From a virus (taxonomy: Duplodnaviria; Caudoviricetes), in the IMG/VR virus record IMGVR_UViG_3300032295_004333, positions 1 through 58,677 of that record: a stretch of DNA of 58,677 bases, one strand, 5' to 3'. A model generated the notes under the pieces. It was not told the DNA's origin. It did not search any database and worked only from the letters and a program-made list of their open reading frames with translations. Of this stretch, positions 45,356 to 52,399 are shown in pieces. The stretch's first letter is position 1, and every line of letters begins with the position of its first letter. The position numbers and the translations under genes were made by a program.

Positions 45356-45529
45356 ATGAAAAAAATCTTTGCATTGTTATCAATCGTAGCATTGACGGCT
45401 TGCGGCGGACAAGGAACATCAACTGAAGTTAAAACAGATTCTTCTGCTGTTGTAGTAGATTCACTTAAGGTGGATTCTGCAGCTGTTGTTGTAGACACCA
45501 CTGCAGTTAAGGTAGAAGAAGTTAAGTAA
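45356..45529 (+). CDS. small lipoprotein (57 aa, not in the ORF track)
   Basis: MKKIFALLSIVALTAC lipobox, DS/DT-rich tail, own TATTTATA (45305-45312) and terminator. Confidence 0.8.
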   Translation: MKKIFALLSIVALTACGGQGTSTEVKTDSSAVVVDSLKVDSAAVVVDTTAVKVEEVK

Positions 45530-45551
45530 TATTGCTTTTTCTTACGAAATT

Positions 45552-45580
45552 AAAAAACCCATCAGTGATGGGTTTTTTTT
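45552..45580. terminator. bidirectional terminator
   Basis: AAAAAACCCATCA/TGATGGGTTTTTT between convergent genes. Confidence 0.8.
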
Positions 45581-46892
45581 ATTTAATTAATCTTTTGATT
45601 TTTTCTATATCCTCTTGGATTCTATCAAACTGTTCATTCTTGTTTTTGCTAAACATTTTTCCAACCTTTTTGAAAGGAGCTTTGATAGCATCTAAAACCC
45701 ATGGGTCTGTCTGTCTTTTGGCTCCTGTTTCTGCCCATCTTTTTTGTTTTAGTTCTCCTGTTTTCTTATCGTATCTGTCTTTGAATATTTCAAATGGTGC
45801 TAATAATAATGATGCCATTGCAGGGTCTGTGTAACTTCTTCTGTTTGTTTTCGTTTCAATTTCACCCTCCTTATCATCAACATATTCAGTTTTCTTCCTT
45901 TTCGATTTTTTCTCTGAGTAAGATTTATCAAACTCTTTTGTATTCAAGTCTTTTCTATGGTATGAACGGTTTAACATCAAAACCTCAACATTATCTTCTT
46001 TTTTCATTCTACCAATTACTTGTCCCTCAGAAACAATATCGCCATCTTTCACAGTTGGTTGTGTGATACCACAATACTGTAAAAAATATCCTAAATCATC
46101 CGATTCGATTGTAATTTGATTTTTACAACCCGAGATTTTTTTCATGTTGTTAATTTTACCATCAACAGGACTTAAAATCACAGAATTGGATGAACCTGGT
46201 ATGGATATCGTTCCATATCTTCCTGAAACATTATTTCCAAAGGCTTCATTTAACCCCAACATCTTTCCGATACCAAGTGCTGCTTTGAATAATTCTGGGT
46301 CTGACCCAAAACTACTTCCTTTACCTCCGTAAGAACCTTTGTCCTTTGAATCTTCTTTTGATTGGTCAGATGAATCTTCTGAGTCGGAGCTTGATTCGGA
46401 ACCCGAATCCGTTGTTTGGTCAACAGTGTAATTACCACCCGAGTATTTTTGAATAACCCACTTCATGAGTTCAGTTATAGTATCCTTGTTTCCACTAATA
46501 TCAACACCAGCACCTACAGGAGGTTCACCCTCGAATGTTTTGTAATGGAAACTATCTTTTGTGTGTACATTGTCCACTTTTCCATTTGGGTCTCTTTTGG
46601 CATAAGGATTCTCAGTTGTTCTAAGTCCCATTTCGTGAGCCTTATCAATAACATCCATGGCGACTTCACGATTTGTGAATCCAATGTGAAGATGGTTATC
46701 GTGGTTACCCCAAGTTATACCATCCACTTTTCTTCCTCCATCAAAACCGAAACCAATTGTACCACCTTTTTTTGTTGCAGGATTATAGACTAATTCGTCA
46801 ATACCTGAAATATCAGCTTCACCTAAAACAACTTTTTTGTTTTCCAAAATTGTTTTGTACAATGAGTCTATCCTTTTTAATTCTCTATTCAT
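45579..46892 (-). CDS. putative virion peptidoglycan peptidase (M15/LAS-like motifs plus a degenerate M23-like domain)
   Basis: HDNHLHIGF; HTKDSFHY..GVDI; SPVDGKI..VKDGDIVSEGQVIG. Confidence 0.55.
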   Translation of the reverse strand: MNRELKRIDSLYKTILENKKVVLGEADISGIDELVYNPATKKGGTIGFGFDGGRKVDGITWGNHDNHLHIGFTNREVAMDVIDKAHEMGLRTTENPYAKRDPNGKVDNVHTKDSFHYKTFEGEPPVGAGVDISGNKDTITELMKWVIQKYSGGNYTVDQTTDSGSESSSDSEDSSDQSKEDSKDKGSYGGKGSSFGSDPELFKAALGIGKMLGLNEAFGNNVSGRYGTISIPGSSNSVILSPVDGKINNMKKISGCKNQITIESDDLGYFLQYCGITQPTVKDGDIVSEGQVIGRMKKEDNVEVLMLNRSYHRKDLNTKEFDKSYSEKKSKRKKTEYVDDKEGEIETKTNRRSYTDPAMASLLLAPFEIFKDRYDKKTGELKQKRWAETGAKRQTDPWVLDAIKAPFKKVGKMFSKNKNEQFDRIQEDIEKIKRLIK

Positions 46893-46942
46893 TGTTTATA
46901 AATATTGATTGGGGGATAAAAAAAAACCGAGATGAACTCGGT

Positions 46943-47305
46943 TTATCTATTTGATGAATAATTTAAAACTTTTTTACCTGATTGGGGTATAGGTTGTGGT
47001 TCTGTCTTAGCTAAGTCTTCAAGAGTTTCCTTTACCATTGGTTTAACTTTGACTTCAGTATTTGTAACTGGTTTTTTCTTTTTTTCGGGTTCTTGTACTA
47101 AACCAAACTTAATCCATCTATACCATATTCTTTCGTGAATATAATATTGAATTGGTTTGTAAAATAGTTCAACAACTCCGAAAGCGGCACCAACTTTAAT
47201 ACTTCCTGTCGCCCACCACATGATGGCAAAACCAATTCCTGTACTAACGAATCTATAACTAATTGTTTTAGCTATGTGTCTTTTTGCGGTTACTTTATAA
47301 CTCAT
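46943..47305 (-). CDS. DUF2061-like membrane protein
   Basis: RHIAKTISYR..YYIHERIW. Confidence 0.8.
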   Translation of the reverse strand: MSYKVTAKRHIAKTISYRFVSTGIGFAIMWWATGSIKVGAAFGVVELFYKPIQYYIHERIWYRWIKFGLVQEPEKKKKPVTNTEVKVKPMVKETLEDLAKTEPQPIPQSGKKVLNYSSNR

Positions 47306-47687
47306 AAGAATTTATTTGGGGAGGTCCCCCAAGTGTTGAAAAACCCATATTACGGGTTAAGTTTATTCCAACAGCTCTATCAAGTTCAGGGTTTTCAGGG
47401 TCTTTATCATTTAAAATTACCCTTGTACCTCTACCACAATCCATCACTAACTGATGATACATAACACCAATTTTTTCTAATTCATTGATGGTGTAATTAC
47501 GGTAGATTTCAGGACGAGCTGTAGTAATAATTATCACAGCACCTGATTTGTGTTGTTCATTGATGTAATCAACAACTTCAGTTATTGGTTTAAGAACCGC
47601 GGTTGCTAATTCACTAAATTTTCTGTACTCAACTAATGTTCCATCAATATCGACGAAAAAAGTTGGATTTTTTGTTACTGTACTCAT
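47295..47687 (-). CDS. HAD phosphatase-like protein
   Basis: FVDIDGTL, ITTARP, LNDK. Confidence 0.8.
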   Translation of the reverse strand: MSTVTKNPTFFVDIDGTLVEYRKFSELATAVLKPITEVVDYINEQHKSGAVIIITTARPEIYRNYTINELEKIGVMYHQLVMDCGRGTRVILNDKDPENPELDRAVGINLTRNMGFSTLGGPPQINSYEL

Positions 47688-47691
47688 ATTG

Positions 47692-47764
47692 AGCGGAAGA
47701 CCAGGCTCGAACTGGCCACCTATAGCTTGGAAGGCTATCGCTCTACCAAATGAGCTACTTCCGC
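47692..47764 (-). tRNA. tRNA-Gly(TCC)
   Basis: ATAGC-CTTCCAA-GCTAT; GCGGAAG/CTTCCGC acceptor stem. Confidence 0.95.
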
Positions 47765-47769
47765 TTGGG

Positions 47770-47961
47770 TTAAACTTTGGGTTCTTTGTTCATAAGAATC
47801 CACAATAAAAGATAGGTTAATATCACTGGAAGTGGACTCCAAATTAAAGCGAAAAAAACAATTTTGACCAATAATGGTTCAATGTTGAAATAATTAGCTA
47901 GTCCTGTACAAACCCCACCAATTGTTCCTGTTCTGCTTCTGTATATATTTTTCTTTTCCAT
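47770..47961 (-). CDS. pspC: PspC-domain protein
   Basis: YRSR...IGGVC.GLA.YF.I.P..V....YL.LWI.M. Confidence 0.85.
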   Translation of the reverse strand: MEKKNIYRSRTGTIGGVCTGLANYFNIEPLLVKIVFFALIWSPLPVILTYLLLWILMNKEPKV

Positions 47962-47974
47962 AATCAAAAAAAAA

Positions 47975-48055
47975 GTGGTCAGGGACTGATGGTGAATTTT
48001 CACCTCGGAGCCGACTTCCTTTCACTGCTGCAGACAGTTACATCAGTATGACCAC
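47975..48055 (-). ncRNA. structured RNA element or long terminator upstream of pspC
   Basis: GTGGTCA/TGACCAC and ACTGATG/CATCAGT stems, internal GGTGAA/TTCACC, then a U-run. Confidence 0.45.
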
Positions 48056-48061
48056 CACTCG

Positions 48062-48154
48062 TTAAAATGTTACATTATCGCCATGCTCCCACTCTTCTTC
48101 ACTTTGGGGAGTATTAGGGTCAAGTTCTACCTCAACATTCAATAGCAACGACAT
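48062..48154 (-). CDS. putative 30-aa acidic peptide
   Basis: MSLLLNVEVELDPNTPQSEEEWEHGDNVTF, after the TATATTTG promoter at 48179-48186. Confidence 0.35.
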   Translation of the reverse strand: MSLLLNVEVELDPNTPQSEEEWEHGDNVTF

Positions 48155-48194
48155 GATTTTAACGTTTTAATATTTTTTCAAATATACACTAATT

Positions 48195-48386
48195 TTAAGT
48201 ATTTTCAAAATTAATTTTGTTCATTTCTTCAATTGAAATTTCATTATTTTTCCAAGATTTCCATTTATCAAAATCTCTAAGTTCTTCTAAGGTTTTTTCG
48301 TGAACTAAAATGAAACCTTCAGGTGCTACACCTGAAAATTTATGAACCGAACCTTTTTCCTGTAAAATTTTTTTAATGTCTATCAT
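48195..48386 (-). CDS. hypothetical protein
   Basis: 63-aa ORF; TAAATTTG upstream. Confidence 0.5.
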   Translation of the reverse strand: MIDIKKILQEKGSVHKFSGVAPEGFILVHEKTLEELRDFDKWKSWKNNEISIEEMNKINFENT

Positions 48387-48402
48387 AAAACAAATTTAAA
48401 AA

Positions 48403-49008
48403 CTATTTTTCGTAACCAAAAAGTTCAAACTGATTTTTTAAAAAAGAGTATATCAACTCTTTGTTTTTATCAGTTAGATAATCGGGTTTATTAACTTTTA
48501 TACGACCTTCATTTATTTTCTTACTGAGTATTTCTTTTAATACACCTGATTTATTCAAATTGGAATTTTCAACAAATGGAATTTTTGAATAATCCTCATA
48601 AAGATTTTCCGAGTGAATTATGTAAGTAGGTTTTATTTCATTTGGGAACGTTACTGTTGGATTATCTTTTTCGATTGAAGTCAAAATGTAATTTTCGAAG
48701 TCCAATGGTGTTGGAGTTAATTCTTTAGTCCATCCAAATAAAAATCTTGAAAGCATTTTATCATATGGATTTCGAGCAGTCACAATAATTTTTGGGTCTG
48801 ATATTTCAGGTGGTAGGTAAAAACTGTGGACGGCAGACATTGCAGCGTTTGGGAATTCTTTGTAATTACCTTGGTCGTCGAAGTTTCTTGTAATTGTATA
48901 AAAATCAAAGTAGGTGAAAATCCAAGATGCGGTTACCGTACCCGTTTTCATGGGTAGGATTAGGAAATAATCGAAAGTTTTGGAGTAAATATAATTCTGG
49001 AAAGTCAT
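48403..49008 (-). CDS. sulfotransferase family 2-like protein
   Basis: PMKTGT, ARNPYDKMLS, IHSENL.ED, FELFGY. Confidence 0.7.
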   Translation of the reverse strand: MTFQNYIYSKTFDYFLILPMKTGTVTASWIFTYFDFYTITRNFDDQGNYKEFPNAAMSAVHSFYLPPEISDPKIIVTARNPYDKMLSRFLFGWTKELTPTPLDFENYILTSIEKDNPTVTFPNEIKPTYIIHSENLYEDYSKIPFVENSNLNKSGVLKEILSKKINEGRIKVNKPDYLTDKNKELIYSFLKNQFELFGYEK

Positions 49009-49067
49009 ATTTATATCTATACAAAATTAGTCTAAAGACATAAATTTTAAACCCCAATTTATGGACG

Positions 49068-49292
49068 ATGCAAATAAACAGAGGAACGTGGCAGAAAACT
49101 TTCACAGAAAATCTGTCTCAAATTTTTTTAATGTTAGCTCTTTTTTTCAACCCATTTGGGTTCGATGCGGTTCAATACTCTCTGATATTATGGACAGGAA
49201 GTTTATGGAAAGCGAACTTCGTTTTGTATTGTATTGCGGGAGTATTCTTTGGGTTATATATCTACTGTCGCAGGCTTTCTAAAGTGCCCTGA
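49068..49292 (+). CDS. small membrane protein
   Basis: Hydrophobic segments; FFNPFGFD motif; start uncertain. Confidence 0.45.
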   Translation: MQINRGTWQKTFTENLSQIFLMLALFFNPFGFDAVQYSLILWTGSLWKANFVLYCIAGVFFGLYIYCRRLSKVP

Positions 49293-50772
49293 GTTTTCCT
49301 TGTTTGAAAGCTTCAAAGTTGGGTCCTTTGATGAATAAGTAATCTTTACCTACTTTTCTGTAATCTAATATACCAGCATGTTTGGCTGATGCAAAAAACG
49401 AAGAATATTGACCTCTTAAATCCCTTTGAGAATATAAGTAATCGGTACCAGGTCTTTTATATTTTGTTTTCCCGTCTTCTTTAACTTTTTGAAAAACTCC
49501 TAAGTCAACTAAAAAATCAACTTTGGTACCTATTTTTCCAGTATCGAGCCAATCAACTAATTTTTTCACAAGACCCTTATCTCCTCTTTTGAAAGTATAT
49601 CCGTAATTAAATCTATCAGGTCTCCATACAGGTCCTGCAATGTCCTTTACATATGCTTCGAATTTGGTGTTGTAGGCAATCTCTTTATGGATGTTTCTCA
49701 AAATGAAGTTAAAAAGCCTGTTTCTAATTTCATTAGTCGTCAAAGAAGTTTCTAAATCACCATCAAGGCCCCAACCTTCCCAAAATTTAAAATCAAATTT
49801 TGGTTCAAAATCCATATCATCAAATTCCCCAAAAACATCAAAACCAACAGAGACATTTAATTTTCCATTATCGGAAACACCATAACTTACATAGACATCA
49901 TAAGCATCTATCAAATCGTTATCTAAATAAATTTTGAGTGAACCCATAGCTTTTCCTGGCATATCAGGGATTCTTTCAAATCCGTTCAAAACACTTCTCA
50001 GTGTTTTTCCTGACCCTTTGAAATTTTCTCCTACTTCAACTATTTGGTCTTGTTTTTCAAAAACTTTATCAATTTCCTTTTGATTTGGTTTTCTTTTTTC
50101 TTTATAATTCTCAATTATTTTGGAGTAAATTTCAGAAAAATAATCTTTGAATAAAGTGACCGCTTCAGAATTCATTCGTTGGTCTCTTGCGTCCCACCAA
50201 CCCTCATCTCCAATATCATTTATGTGAACTGCAACTTTATAATGTGGCTCAGTTTGTTTCCCTTTTTTTCTAATTATGAAATATAAACCTTGTTTACCTC
50301 TAGTATATCTTTCAAAATGACCTCCTGAAGGTTGTGTTACACACCACTTCGTACCTGAACCATACTTACAAGATGCTTCCTGTGTTTTTGGAACTAAAAC
50401 CAAAAAGTTTTCATCTTCAAATATCTTTTCCGTTTGGCTTTCAAGTTCTTTTTCCTTTTCTTTTTCTTTGTAGGGTTCCAACGCTTTTTCTAATTCTTCA
50501 AAACTGAGATATTGATTGATATCTTTTTTTTGAAGGTTTTTTTGGTATTTGTCGAAATCTTTAACCAAGTCTACCGCAGTCTCCGCCATAATATCAACAT
50601 CAGCGTATTCAAGAATATGCTTCAAAACCCAATCTGTATATTTGTGATTGAAATCTTGTAAATCGGAAATACCCAATATAAAATCCAAGTCTTCTTCGTC
50701 GTATTTGTCGGAATACTTTTTCTTCAGGTCTTCTTTCCTTCCTTCTTTGATTAAAATATTGAGAAACTTCAT
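49279..50772 (-). CDS. hypothetical phage protein (KYG.GT.WC family)
   Basis: KKDINQY, PKTQEASCKYGSGTKWCV, WWDARD; TATTTATA upstream. Confidence 0.7.
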   Translation of the reverse strand: MKFLNILIKEGRKEDLKKKYSDKYDEEDLDFILGISDLQDFNHKYTDWVLKHILEYADVDIMAETAVDLVKDFDKYQKNLQKKDINQYLSFEELEKALEPYKEKEKEKELESQTEKIFEDENFLVLVPKTQEASCKYGSGTKWCVTQPSGGHFERYTRGKQGLYFIIRKKGKQTEPHYKVAVHINDIGDEGWWDARDQRMNSEAVTLFKDYFSEIYSKIIENYKEKRKPNQKEIDKVFEKQDQIVEVGENFKGSGKTLRSVLNGFERIPDMPGKAMGSLKIYLDNDLIDAYDVYVSYGVSDNGKLNVSVGFDVFGEFDDMDFEPKFDFKFWEGWGLDGDLETSLTTNEIRNRLFNFILRNIHKEIAYNTKFEAYVKDIAGPVWRPDRFNYGYTFKRGDKGLVKKLVDWLDTGKIGTKVDFLVDLGVFQKVKEDGKTKYKRPGTDYLYSQRDLRGQYSSFFASAKHAGILDYRKVGKDYLFIKGPNFEAFKQGKLRAL

Positions 50773-50788
50773 ATGGTATAAATACCAT

Positions 50789-51139
50789 TTATTTCCAAAA
50801 CAGTTGGATACATAAAACGGTAAAACACAAAGCCAAACAAACTATAGTTTTAGTTGTTAAGGGTTCTTTCAACATAACCCAAGCCATGAAGCTGAAAACA
50901 AAAACACCTAATACAAAACCTATTATTCTGTTGGGCCATGTTTGACCATCATAAAGACTAACCATTTGTCTACTTGCTAAGATGACTAAATAACCTATTG
51001 GGATACCAAATAGAGTCATTAAGAACGGGTGTTCTTTAATCCATTTATTCCACAAATGACCCTGTAATTGATAAAAGGTAAAAACTTGGGAGATTGTGTA
51101 AACTGAAAAAATAAAAAAAATTGTAAGTAACTTGTTCAT
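50789..51139 (-). CDS. four-TM DMT/SMR-like membrane protein
   Basis: Four hydrophobic helices; LKEPLT.K...C. Confidence 0.6.
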   Translation of the reverse strand: MNKLLTIFFIFSVYTISQVFTFYQLQGHLWNKWIKEHPFLMTLFGIPIGYLVILASRQMVSLYDGQTWPNRIIGFVLGVFVFSFMAWVMLKEPLTTKTIVCLALCFTVLCIQLFWK

Positions 51140-51202
51140 CGGGATAATGATAATAAAACTAAATCATAAAAAAAACCCCCATCCGAAGATGAGGGTTAAA
51201 AT

Positions 51203-52399
51203 TTAATTTCCTTTTGTTGGGAACCTTGTCCATCCATTGACCCATGTGGGTTTGTCTAACTCAGGTATTACAACATCTATTTCTCTGTTAGCCTTAGAAA
51301 GTGCTAAAGTTTTAAGTTGTTCATTTGTTAAAATTGTCGTTGCTTTGCTTATAAAATTAAGTGTTGGATTGAATGTTCCTACTGAGTTGTTTTCAAAAAC
51401 AGAAATACCGTCTTTCACAAATTGTGCAGTTTCGTTACTTTCCAAACTTAATCCACCTTTCATCCAACCCCAAATTACACTATTTTTCATCGTGAATTGG
51501 GTCGCTCTTCTGAATCTTAATCCTAAGTTGTGATTAGCAAGTGCAGATGCGTTGTTAGGTCCCACTAAAATCATATTGAATAATTTTGGATGAGTGTACG
51601 GTTGTGCTAATGAACCTGTTCCATCGTTATCACATTCTATACCATTTCCAGCATCTCCGTTGTCTACAAACTGTGGGTCTCTTTTTGAAATACCGTTTGA
51701 AACTTCACCTGTATAGCCGAAATCAAAATCGAAGTCATCGTCTGCAGTTGCGAAAGCGTAGATAAATTTAGGTGATACTGTTCCACCGAAAAATTCAAAT
51801 GCGTCGTCATTAGCATAAATTGTCTGAACGTATTGGATTGTTGTTCCTCTTCCTACAGCTCCGAGGGTTAACGCATTAATCTCAGAGTTCGGTAGTGCTG
51901 CAATTCCAGCATATTCGATTCTAACGTATCTTAAAACTCCACTGTTGTCGTCATCATTGTTTCCACCATAAGGTCTTCCAATACCTCCCTCAATCGTTGG
52001 TTCAGAGGTTCTATTAGTCTTAGCTCTACCTAAGATTACAATCCCACCCCAGTCACCAGGACTTCTTTGTCCTTCAGGGTTTCCTGAAGTAAAAACAATT
52101 GGTCTATCAGGTGTACCTTCAGCAATAATTTTAGCTCCTCTTTCTATACAAAGAGCACCTTTTTCTGCAATATCAGATTTAATTACAGTTCCTGGTTGGA
52201 TGATTAATGATGCTCCATCCGTAACATAAACGTACCCTTTTAATGTCCAAACTTTGTCGGAAGTCAAAGTTGTTGTTGCGTTAATGTTACCTGTAAGTAC
52301 AGTTGATGATGGCACGTTAATTGGTCCGTCATCACCCCCTAAGTCTTTTGTGCAACCGATAAATGTTAATAAAGTCAGAGACAATAATAATTTTTTCAT
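51203..52399 (-). CDS. TBDR-associated lipoprotein (beta-helix-like)
   Basis: FIGC lipobox; PIVFTS, DWGGIVILG, DNSGVLRYVRIEYAG, DDAFEFFGG. Confidence 0.85.
   Translation of the reverse strand: MKKLLLSLTLLTFIGCTKDLGGDDGPINVPSSTVLTGNINATTTLTSDKVWTLKGYVYVTDGASLIIQPGTVIKSDIAEKGALCIERGAKIIAEGTPDRPIVFTSGNPEGQRSPGDWGGIVILGRAKTNRTSEPTIEGGIGRPYGGNNDDDNSGVLRYVRIEYAGIAALPNSEINALTLGAVGRGTTIQYVQTIYANDDAFEFFGGTVSPKFIYAFATADDDFDFDFGYTGEVSNGISKRDPQFVDNGDAGNGIECDNDGTGSLAQPYTHPKLFNMILVGPNNASALANHNLGLRFRRATQFTMKNSVIWGWMKGGLSLESNETAQFVKDGISVFENNSVGTFNPTLNFISKATTILTNEQLKTLALSKANREIDVVIPELDKPTWVNGWTRFPTKGN

Noticed and set aside
47975-48055. SRP RNA, suggested by the GAAAGGAAG segment
   Set aside because: It lacks the conserved CAGG...GNRA...AGCAG helix-8 arrangement.
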